From Chloroflexota bacterium (GTDB lineage Bacteria; Chloroflexota; Dehalococcoidia; Lucifugimonadales; UBA1127): a DNA stretch of 32,261 nucleotides. Under the pieces are notes generated by a model, which ran no database searches, was not told where the DNA came from, and was given only the letters and a program-made list of their open reading frames with translations. The stretch lies in NCBI GenBank assembly GCA_028873745.1, contig JAPPNT010000168.1:1-32261 (forward strand), in the 5' to 3' direction. Below, piece by piece: positions 18,570-25,559 of this stretch. The stretch's first letter is position 1; the number at the start of each line of letters is the position of its first letter. A program made the translations under genes and the position numbers.

Positions 18570-18956
18570 ATGACTGAGCACCCCCGCGAACTGCGCTACA
18601 CCATCGAACACGAGTGGGTGCGCGTTGAGGACGACGGCACGGCGACCATCGGCGTGACGTTCTTCGCGCAGGACCAGCTCGGCGACGTCGTGTACGTCGT
18701 GCTGCCGGCCGTCGGCTCGACGGTGCAGAAGGACAGCAAGATGGGCGAGATCGAATCGGTGAAGTCGGTCTCGGACCTGTTCGTGCCGGTGAGCGGCGAG
18801 GTGATCGAGACCAACCAGGACGTCATCGACCACCCGGAGCGGGTGAACGAGGACCCGCACGGGGCGGGCTGGATGGTGCGCGTCCGCATGTCCGATCCCT
18901 CGGAAGTGGACGGGCTGCTCACGAACGAGCAGTACGACAGCGCAATCGCGACGTAG
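18570..18956 (+). CDS. gcvH: glycine cleavage system H protein
   Basis: 128 aa with the lipoyl-lysine motif ESVKSVSD. Confidence 0.9.
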   Translation: MTEHPRELRYTIEHEWVRVEDDGTATIGVTFFAQDQLGDVVYVVLPAVGSTVQKDSKMGEIESVKSVSDLFVPVSGEVIETNQDVIDHPERVNEDPHGAGWMVRVRMSDPSEVDGLLTNEQYDSAIAT

Positions 18957-18969
18957 GGTGCAGGCGCAT

Positions 18970-20304
18970 ATGACCGACCCCTTTCCGCACTCCTACCTCC
19001 CGCACACCGAGGCCGAGCGCCAAGAAATGCTGGCCGTCATCGGCGTGGGGTCCGTGGATGAGCTCTTTGCCGACATCCCCGACGCGTTCCGCAATCCGGC
19101 GCTCTCGCTGCCGCCGGCGCTGACGGAGCTGGAGCTTTTCCGCGAGATTGGCGGGCTGGCCAAGCGGAACGCAGTCCCAGGCGACTACCCATGCTTCGTC
19201 GGCGGGGGCGTGTACCGCCATTTCATCCCGAGCGTCGTGGGCGCGATGATCTCTCGGGGCGAGTTTCTCACGTCGTACACGCCGTACCAGCCGGAGGTGA
19301 GCCAGGGCACGCTCCAGGCCACCTACGAGTACCAGAGCATGATTTCCGAGATCACCGGCATGGAGGCGGCCAACGCGGGCATGTACGACGGCGCGAGCTC
19401 CTTGGCGGAGGCGGCGCTCATGGCCTGTCGCGTCACAGGGCGACACAGCGTCATCGTCCATGACACGGTGAACCCTCGCTACCGGGCCGTCGTCGACACG
19501 TACCTGCTGCCGCAGGGCGTCGAGATAGCGACGTGCGCGCCGGGGAGCGAGGCTTTCTCGGACGCGACGGCGTGCGTGCTGGCGCAGTACCCGGACTACT
19601 ACGGCGTGGTGCGCGACCTGACGCCGCTGGCCGACAGGGCGCACGAGGCAGGCGCGCTGCTGGCCGTGAGCGCGGACCCGGTGGCGCTGGGCATGTTCCG
19701 CGCGCCGGGCGACATGGGCGCGGACATCGTCACGGGCGAAACGCAGCCCATCGGCGTCAACATGAGCTTCGGCGGGCCGTACGTCGGCTACTTTGCGTGC
19801 AAAATGGCGTACATCCGGCAGATGCCGGGGCGCATCGCCGGGCGCACCGTCGACCACGAGGGACGCATCGGGTACGCGCTGACGCTGCAGACGCGGGAGC
19901 AGCACATCCGGCGAGAGCGGGCGACGTCCAACATCTGCACGTCGGAAGCGCTCATCGCGACGGGGACCGCCGTTGCGCTCGCCGCGCTGGGGCCGGGCGG
20001 ACTGCGGCAGATGGCGGAGTTGAGCTACCAGAAGGCGCACTACGCGGCGTCGGAGATCGGCGCGCTGGATGGGTATGAGGTGATCGACAACGGGGCGTGG
20101 TTCAACGAGTTCGTCGTGCGGTGCCCGCTGATGGGCTCTCAGATGAACGCCAGCTTGTGGCGGCGGGGCATCATCGGCGGCATCGACGTGGGGGAGGCGG
20201 TCGAGAACGGGCTGCTGCTGAGCGTCACGGAGATGAACACGCGCGAGGAGATCGACGCGCTCGTCGGGGCGCTGCGGGAGATTGCGGAAGGGGGCGCGCG
20301 GTGA
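18970..20304 (+). CDS. gcvPA: glycine dehydrogenase (decarboxylating) subunit 1
   Basis: N-terminus YLPHTEAERQEML and TPYQPE.SQG motif. ATG at 18970; an upstream GTG at 18958 is possible. Confidence 0.9.
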   Translation: MTDPFPHSYLPHTEAERQEMLAVIGVGSVDELFADIPDAFRNPALSLPPALTELELFREIGGLAKRNAVPGDYPCFVGGGVYRHFIPSVVGAMISRGEFLTSYTPYQPEVSQGTLQATYEYQSMISEITGMEAANAGMYDGASSLAEAALMACRVTGRHSVIVHDTVNPRYRAVVDTYLLPQGVEIATCAPGSEAFSDATACVLAQYPDYYGVVRDLTPLADRAHEAGALLAVSADPVALGMFRAPGDMGADIVTGETQPIGVNMSFGGPYVGYFACKMAYIRQMPGRIAGRTVDHEGRIGYALTLQTREQHIRRERATSNICTSEALIATGTAVALAALGPGGLRQMAELSYQKAHYAASEIGALDGYEVIDNGAWFNEFVVRCPLMGSQMNASLWRRGIIGGIDVGEAVENGLLLSVTEMNTREEIDALVGALREIAEGGAR

Positions 20305-21776
20305 CGATGGAAGCCGCGTCCACCCAGCGGACGCACCAGTCGCTCTGGGACGTGGCCCGGCCGGGGCGCTCGGGCATTCGCCTGCCGGAGTCGGACGTGC
20401 CGGCGCAGGCGATGCCGGAGGCGTCGCTGCTGCGGGACGAGCTGCGGCTGCCGGAGGTCTCGGAGCTGGACGTGGTGCGGCACTTCACGCGGCTGTCGCA
20501 GATGAACTTCGCGGTGGACACCAACTTCTACCCGCTAGGCTCCTGCACGATGAAGTACAACCCCAAGATCAACGACGTCGTGGCGTCGCAAGCAGGGTTC
20601 TCGGGGATCCACCCGCTGCAGCCGGAGGAGACGGTGCAGGGGGCGCTGGAGCTGATGCACCGGCTGCAGGAGGACCTGCAGGCAGTCACAGGCATGCCAG
20701 CGAGCTCGCTGGCGCCGCTCGCAGGGGCGCACGGCGAGCTGGCGGGCGTGCTGATGATCAAGGCGTACCACGATGCGCGCGGGGAGTCCGACCGCAAGGT
20801 CATGCTCATCCCGGACAGCGCCCACGGCACGAACCCGGCATCAGCGGCGATGGGCGGTTTCGAGGTGGTCTCGGTGCCCTCGGACGAGATGGGCCGCGTG
20901 GACCTAGCGGCGGTGGAGGCGGCGTGCGACGACAGGCTCGCGGGGCTGATGATCACCATCCCCAACACGCTGGGGCTGTTCAACCCGTACATTGCGCGGG
21001 TGTGCGAGCTGGTGCACGGCGCGGGCGGGCTGGTCTACGGCGACGGCGCGAACATGAACGCGCTGCTGGGCCGGGCGCGGCCATACGACCTGGGCTTCGA
21101 CGTGGTGCACCTGAACCTGCACAAGACGATGAGCACGCCGCACGGCGGCGGCGGGCCGGGCGCCGGCCCGGTGTGCGTCGGCGAGCGGCTGGAGCCCTAC
21201 CTACCATCGCCCGTGGTGGAGCGCGTGGATGCGGACGGCGGCGCGCGGTACCGCTTCGCGACGCCGACGCAGTCCATCGGTGCGATGTCGGCGGGGCACG
21301 GCAACTTCGGCGTGCTGGTGCGGGCGTACACGTACCTGCGAGCGCTGGGGGCCGACGGCCTTCGGCAGGCGAGCGGCGACGCGGTACTGAACGCCAACTA
21401 CCTGCGCCGCAAGCTGGAGCACGTCTACCGCGTCGCCGTCGACCGGACATGCATGCACGAAGTCGTCTTCTCCTGCCGACCGCAGCGGGACAAGGGCGTC
21501 AAGGCGCTCGACATATCCAAGCGGATGATCGACTACGGCGTACACCCGCCGACGATGTACTTCCCGCTCATCGTAGACGAGGCGCTGATGGTGGAGCCGA
21601 CGGAAACGGAGAGCAAAGAGACGCTCGACGCGTTCATCGCCGTCATGGAGGCCATCGCGCGCGAGGTGGAGGAGTCGCCGGACGTGCTGCTCGAAGCGCC
21701 GCACTTCACGCCCGTCGGCCGCCTCGACGAGGCGCGTGCGGCGCGGCAACCTGACCTGCGCTGGCAGGCGCCGTAG
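20301..21776 (+). CDS. gcvPB: glycine dehydrogenase (decarboxylating) subunit 2
   Basis: PLGSCTMKYNP and PLP-lysine region NLHKT.S.PHGGGGPG. GTG at 20301 overlaps the gcvPA stop (GTGA). ATG at 20307 is the alternative start. Confidence 0.9.
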   Translation: MTMEAASTQRTHQSLWDVARPGRSGIRLPESDVPAQAMPEASLLRDELRLPEVSELDVVRHFTRLSQMNFAVDTNFYPLGSCTMKYNPKINDVVASQAGFSGIHPLQPEETVQGALELMHRLQEDLQAVTGMPASSLAPLAGAHGELAGVLMIKAYHDARGESDRKVMLIPDSAHGTNPASAAMGGFEVVSVPSDEMGRVDLAAVEAACDDRLAGLMITIPNTLGLFNPYIARVCELVHGAGGLVYGDGANMNALLGRARPYDLGFDVVHLNLHKTMSTPHGGGGPGAGPVCVGERLEPYLPSPVVERVDADGGARYRFATPTQSIGAMSAGHGNFGVLVRAYTYLRALGADGLRQASGDAVLNANYLRRKLEHVYRVAVDRTCMHEVVFSCRPQRDKGVKALDISKRMIDYGVHPPTMYFPLIVDEALMVEPTETESKETLDAFIAVMEAIAREVEESPDVLLEAPHFTPVGRLDEARAARQPDLRWQAP

Positions 21777-21791
21777 ACGGCCTCGCATTCA

Positions 21792-21821
21792 TTGACACCC
21801 CGAGAAGAGGCCCCCTAGAAT
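21792..21821 (+). promoter_or_regulatory. promoter for tRNA-Gly
   Basis: TTGACA (21792-21797), 18-nt spacer, TAGAAT (21816-21821). The mature tRNA 5' end lies about 10 nt downstream. Confidence 0.45.
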
Positions 21822-21830
21822 TACAGTCCG

Positions 21831-21906
21831 GCGCGGCGTAGCTCAGTGGTAGAGCCCTTGCTTCCCAAGCAAGTTGTCGTGGGTTCGACTCCCATCGCCC
21901 GCTCCA
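21831..21906 (+). tRNA. tRNA-Gly (anticodon CCC) with encoded CCA and an extra nucleotide in the 5' acceptor strand
   Basis: Cloverleaf read by hand: D arm GCTC/GAGC, anticodon arm CTTGC-TTCCCAA-GCAAG, T arm GTGGG-TTCGACT-CCCAT, 3' acceptor CGCCCGC-T-CCA. From memory it resembles E. coli tRNA-Gly(CCC). The 5' strand is GCGCGGCG (8 nt) where GCGGGCG is expected. Confidence 0.75.
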
Positions 21907-21940
21907 ACTCCCTCTAAAGCACGCCCGACTCGCATGACGT

Positions 21941-21974
21941 GAAAGGACCCCGCATGTGCTTGCGGGGTCCTTTC
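21941..21974. terminator. perfect 14-bp hairpin between the convergent tRNA-Gly and cysH
   Basis: GAAAGGACCCCGCA-TGTGCT-TGCGGGGTCCTTTC. Only a short T run on either side, so it is a terminator-like or processing hairpin usable from both directions. Confidence 0.5.
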
Positions 21975-21996
21975 AGTGGTGGCGGTTGAACGGCCT

Positions 21997-22785
21997 CTAG
22001 CCGCCGGGCACCAGGTTGCGCAGGATGCTGAAGATGCCGTGGCCCTTAGAGTCGGCAGCGGGGGCGTCGAAGTGGAGGCCGCACTCGGTCTTGTCGAAGC
22101 CGGCCCAGCGGCCCGCCCGGGGGTCCTCGCCGATCTGGACAGGGCGCGTGCAGTGCGTGCAGCCGAGGCTGGGGTAACCCTGGTCGTTCAGCGGGTTGTA
22201 GGGGACATCGTGCTGGGCCAAGTAGGCGCGAGTCTGGGCCTCGTCCCACGCAGCCAGCGCGTTGACCTTGATGAGGCCGAACTTGGCGTCCCACTCGACG
22301 ATGGCGACTTCCTTGCGCGTGGAGGACTGGTCGCGGCGGATGCCGGTGATCCACGCGTCGAAGCCCTCGAGGGCGCGGGCAGTCGGCTCGACCTTCCGGA
22401 GGTCGCAGCAGAGGTTGGGGTCGCGGAGCCAGAGGGCCTCGCCGTACTGCGTGGCCTGCTCGAGGGGCGTCAAGGCCGACTTGTAGGCGCGGGGCTCGAT
22501 GCCGTAGCGCTCGGCGACCAGATCACGGAGCTCGTAGGTCTCCGGGAAGAGGAAGTCCGTGTCAGCGTAGAAGACGGGGACCCTCGGGTCCAGTTTGAGG
22601 GTCATGTCCAGCAGGACCATGCCGCTCACTCCGCCGAAGCTACATGCGAGCGTGACCTTGCCCGGGAACTGCTCGATCGCCCAGGCCAGGATCTCCTCGG
22701 GCGACGCGCCCTCCAGCCGCCGGTTGACGGCCGCGAGTTCCTCGTCGGTCCACTGCCTGCTCTTCTCGACTGCCGTGTTCTGCAA
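21997..22785 (-). CDS. cysH: adenylyl-sulfate (APS) / PAPS reductase, Fe-S-cluster type
   Basis: C-terminal ECGLH catalytic motif plus the CC (NLCCDLRK) and CxxC (GCTHCT) pairs typical of APS reductases. Start placed at TTG 22785, behind GAAGGAGAAGG. The ORF's TTG at 22821 sits inside the terminator U-tract. Confidence 0.85.
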   Translation of the reverse strand: MQNTAVEKSRQWTDEELAAVNRRLEGASPEEILAWAIEQFPGKVTLACSFGGVSGMVLLDMTLKLDPRVPVFYADTDFLFPETYELRDLVAERYGIEPRAYKSALTPLEQATQYGEALWLRDPNLCCDLRKVEPTARALEGFDAWITGIRRDQSSTRKEVAIVEWDAKFGLIKVNALAAWDEAQTRAYLAQHDVPYNPLNDQGYPSLGCTHCTRPVQIGEDPRAGRWAGFDKTECGLHFDAPAADSKGHGIFSILRNLVPGG

Positions 22786-22819
22786 GGGTCCTTCTCCTTC
22801 TCCCCCGTGGTTGGTGCAC

Positions 22820-22852
22820 AAAAAAATCGCCCTGGCTCATCCGCCGGGCGAT
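22820..22852 (-). terminator. intrinsic terminator (attenuator) in the cysH leader
   Basis: Minus strand: AUCGCCC-GGC-GGAUGA-GCC-A-GGGCGAU followed by UUUUUU, 35 nt upstream of the cysH start. Confidence 0.6.
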
Positions 22853-22883
22853 TGCGTGGTGTCTGCGCGCTTCTTGCGTAGTC

Positions 22884-22982
22884 CTAGCCGCTCAGAACCT
22901 CCGACCCGGCGGATGCGGGCATACAACAGCAACAACACACGCAGCTGCTTGCCATGACCACTGTCTGCCGGTTCCGGTACAT
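22884..22982 (-). CDS. Cys-rich leader peptide MYRNRQTVVMASSCVCCCCCMPASAGSEVLSG (alternative start ATG 22955 gives 23 aa)
   Basis: Small ORF between the candidate promoter and the attenuator terminator. Six Cys codons fall within seven codons (22943-22923). AGGAGG lies 13 nt upstream of ATG 22982. The ORF is below the size cutoff of the supplied ORF track. Confidence 0.5.
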   Translation of the reverse strand: MYRNRQTVVMASSCVCCCCCMPASAGSEVLSG

Positions 22983-23013
22983 AACTTGACTATTTCCTCC
23001 TGACTCGTGAAGG

Positions 23014-23042
23014 ATGGTACAAGCCTTATCAAGGTCTGTCAA
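23014..23042 (-). promoter_or_regulatory. candidate promoter for the cysH leader
   Basis: Minus strand: TTGACA (23042-23037), 17-nt spacer, TACCAT (23019-23014). Confidence 0.4.
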
Positions 23043-23068
23043 TACCCTGTGGCAGAATTGGCATTTCC

Positions 23069-23097
23069 TTGCCCGGCCGGGCGCTCGCGCAGATAAT
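23069..23097 (+). promoter_or_regulatory. candidate divergent promoter for the 97-aa hypothetical gene
   Basis: TTGCCC (23069-23074), 17-nt spacer, GATAAT (23092-23097). Confidence 0.35.
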
Positions 23098-23125
23098 GGC
23101 GGCGCACCCGAGGGAGGCGCAAACC

Positions 23126-23419
23126 ATGCTTGCGGTGATACAGCGGCACGAGCTTGGCGGGGACGAGCACGTCCTGCCCCTGCTGCTCGATGCGTACCCG
23201 GTCGACACGGTGGGCCAGTTGCACTACTTCCTCGTGTTCTGGTGCCAGGCGGGGCGCGAGGCCATGGTGGGCGCGATGGGCGAGGAGCTCGTCGGGGACA
23301 TGCTGGCGTTGCTCAGCGAGTACGGCGTCGACCCGGACCAGTGCCGGCTGGAGGAGTCGGACGGCGACGAGGACCCGAGCATCGGCCCGCCGCCCGATTG
23401 GTTTCGGCGGAGGGAGTAG
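23126..23419 (+). CDS. hypothetical acidic protein, 97 aa
   Basis: GGGAGG SD 8 nt upstream of ATG 23126. Nearly all third codon positions are G/C, consistent with coding in this genome. No recognisable domain. Confidence 0.55.
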   Translation: MLAVIQRHELGGDEHVLPLLLDAYPVDTVGQLHYFLVFWCQAGREAMVGAMGEELVGDMLALLSEYGVDPDQCRLEESDGDEDPSIGPPPDWFRRRE

Positions 23420-23445
23420 CGGTCGCGCGGTCCGTGCTTTGCACG

Positions 23446-23517
23446 CCCTTCGACAGGCTCAGGGCGAGCGGGCTGGGGCGCGGGGTTTCTGGATACCGGC
23501 TTGCGCCGGTAAAACGG
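23446..23517. repeat. REP-like hairpin repeat modules (copy 1)
   Basis: Module a, CCCTTCGACAGGCTCAGGGC (23446-23465), recurs identically at 32011-32030. Module b, ACCGGCTTGCGCCGGTAAAACGG (23495-23517), recurs at 31947-31969 with 22 of 23 nt identical. Each contains a short GC hairpin. Confidence 0.55.
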
Positions 23518-23521
23518 GGCA

Positions 23522-24007
23522 TTATGACTCGCCCGCAAAGCTGGCGATCTCGATGAACGTGCGGGCCTCTTCCGACCAGTCGAACAGCTTCGCTTCCACG
23601 ACGCGCTCCGCGTCTATGCCCACCACGAGCTGCTGCACGGGGAACATCTTGCCGTCGCCCCAGGGGTCAGTCGCGTTCTCAATGTCCACGTTGGACAGGT
23701 ACGAACGGCCGTTGGGGTGCGAGTGGTAGATGATGAGCGGCGGCTCGTCGGAATCGAACCCCTGATTGAACGCGAGCACGTCCTCCTTGCTGAAGACGTA
23801 CGCGGTCTCCTCGCCTCGCATCGCCGCCGTGGGGTGGATGCCCTGCGACTGGGCGTTTCGGCATGGACGCGTGGTCGTCACAGCGTCACCGCCGCGCGGG
23901 CCAGCGAGCCAACCGCAGCACTCGGCGGGGAAGGCCTCGCGAGCGTGGGCGTAGATCGTCTGAAGAATGGCGGGTGGGACGTGCAGGGGAGCTGGGGTGT
24001 CGGCCAT
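23522..24007 (-). CDS. JAB/MPN (Mov34) family metallopeptidase
   Basis: JAMM elements: E in PAECCGWL, then HSHPNGRSYLSNVD. 161 aa. AAGGAGG SD. Confidence 0.8.
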   Translation of the reverse strand: MADTPAPLHVPPAILQTIYAHAREAFPAECCGWLAGPRGGDAVTTTRPCRNAQSQGIHPTAAMRGEETAYVFSKEDVLAFNQGFDSDEPPLIIYHSHPNGRSYLSNVDIENATDPWGDGKMFPVQQLVVGIDAERVVEAKLFDWSEEARTFIEIASFAGES

Positions 24008-24176
24008 GTTCGGCGCCTCCTTCGTGTCACAACCAACATAGGAGTTACGGGACAGACACGCAAGGGAACCGCGTCAGTTTTCCGCCTCCGAGCTAACCCT
24101 GACGGCGCGCGCTCCGTTCAATTCCTTGAACGCGTTCGCAAACGGATTCGGATGAGAAGTCGACCGGGGGGAGAAC

Positions 24177-25487
24177 ATGAAGCGATTTTTCTTGATAGGG
24201 GCCCTGGTGCTCGCCATGGCCCTCATCGTGCCCGCCGTCTTGCTTGCTTTCGCGTCGCAGCAAGACACGCAGCACAGCACGAGCGTTTTGGCCAACGAGA
24301 GCGAGGGCGTGTCTGAGACGACCACAGATGCAGAAGCGTCCGCCGGGGATCAAAAGCCGTGGGTGGGACTGTACGTCATGGAGGTGTCCGATCGGCTTGC
24401 GGAGAAGCTGGACATCGACGCCGAGGATGGCGTAGCCGTGGTGAAGGTCATTGAGGAAGGCCCTGCCGACGACGCGGGCATCGAGCGGGGCGACGTCATC
24501 GTGTCCATCGGCGACAGCGAGATCTCGACGGTGTCCGACGTGCGCGACGCCGTGGGCGCGGCGTCCGTGGACGACACGTTGTCGTTCACCATCGAGCGCG
24601 CCGGAAGTGAGTCCACTTACAACGTGACGGTCGGCGAACGGTCTGAGTCCAACAAGCGTCGAGGCTCGGGACACATGGGCAAGTCCGGCGCGATGGGGGC
24701 CTCCGGCATCGGCGCGACCATCGCATCGCTCAACGCCGACTTGGCGGAGAAGCTGGATATCGAGACGGAAGAGGGCGTGGTGGTGGTCCGCGTCGCCGAC
24801 GGCAGTCCCGCGGAGGATGCAGGACTGCAGAAGGGCGACGTCATCGTGTCGGTGGACGGCACGGATGCCGACTCGGTGTCGGCCGTGGCAACCGCGGTGC
24901 GCGAGGCCGAGGTGGGCGACACGCTCTCGATCGTCGTCGACCGGGAGGGCGAGAGCGCGAACCTCACGCTCAGCGTGACCGTCGAGGAGGGGTACGGGTT
25001 CCGGAGCCTGGGCCTGAACTTCAGGGGACTCGTCAACCTCCAGGGTGTCCTCTCCGGTGACGAGGAGGGTCCCGTCAGCATCACGGTCAGCAAGGTGACC
25101 GTCTCAGCCATTGGCGACGGCTCCCTGACGCTGACGCCGACGGAGGAGGGCAACGACGACATCGAGGCGACGGTGACGGACAGCTCCTTCATCTTCAAGA
25201 ACGGAGGGAAGGCTGAACTCGGCGACCTGGCCGTAGACGACGAGGGCTTTGCGGCGATAATCGACGGGGAGCTTTCCGTGCTCATCATCGGCTCACTGGA
25301 AGACATCGGGCGCAACCGGGAGCGATTCGGGCGCTTCGGCGGCAACGGGGACGGCGACGGGGCAAGCTCGCGCCGGTTCCGGGGCGGCGCACTCACGCTG
25401 CCGCCGGGCTTCGAGGGGCGGGACTTCCTCGGGCCACTGAACGGCTTCGGCGGGACACTGGAGGCCCCGCAGGACGAGACGACCTAG
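24177..25487 (+). CDS. exported or membrane-anchored tandem-PDZ domain protein
   Basis: N-terminal hydrophobic signal or anchor (FFLIGALVLAMALIVPAVLLAFA). Two similar PDZ units (LAEKLDI..E.GV.VV.V..G.PA.DAG...GDVIVS..). No trypsin-like protease domain. Confidence 0.8.
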   Translation: MKRFFLIGALVLAMALIVPAVLLAFASQQDTQHSTSVLANESEGVSETTTDAEASAGDQKPWVGLYVMEVSDRLAEKLDIDAEDGVAVVKVIEEGPADDAGIERGDVIVSIGDSEISTVSDVRDAVGAASVDDTLSFTIERAGSESTYNVTVGERSESNKRRGSGHMGKSGAMGASGIGATIASLNADLAEKLDIETEEGVVVVRVADGSPAEDAGLQKGDVIVSVDGTDADSVSAVATAVREAEVGDTLSIVVDREGESANLTLSVTVEEGYGFRSLGLNFRGLVNLQGVLSGDEEGPVSITVSKVTVSAIGDGSLTLTPTEEGNDDIEATVTDSSFIFKNGGKAELGDLAVDDEGFAAIIDGELSVLIIGSLEDIGRNRERFGRFGGNGDGDGASSRRFRGGALTLPPGFEGRDFLGPLNGFGGTLEAPQDETT

Positions 25488-25523
25488 TCATTCCGCCTCC
25501 AAGAGCAAGGCCTCTCCGCACAA

Positions 25524-25559
25524 AGGAGGCCGGCAGTTGCCGGCCTCCTGCCTTTTGCC
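25524..25559 (+). terminator. intrinsic terminator after the PDZ gene
   Basis: AGGAGGCCGGCA-GT-TGCCGGCCTCCT palindrome followed by GCCTTTTGCC. Confidence 0.55.

Noticed and set aside
21831-21906. Considered whether the 8-nt 5' acceptor strand marks this as tRNA-Sec, given the selenoprotein candidate in the window.
   Set aside because: The anticodon is CCC rather than UCA. The variable arm is short (5 nt) and the D arm is standard. The extra base is a bulge, not an eighth base pair.
22826-22990. Tested the cysH leader by eye against SAM-I, SAM-II and SAM-IV riboswitch cores.
   Set aside because: None of the conserved cores I recall is present (for example GGUGGAGGGA...GGCAACC...GGUGCUAAAUCC for SAM-I). 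The Cys-codon ORF with an embedded antiterminator arm explains the architecture better. Covariance-model scans are still advisable.
23224-23538. ORFs crossing the hairpin repeats: 23224-23538, 23313-23522, 23154-23729, 31894-32154 and 31707-31964.
   Set aside because: They translate the REP-like modules into the characteristic junk peptides (PVEG, FTGASR, IPACAGKTG). They have no SD or sensible start context.
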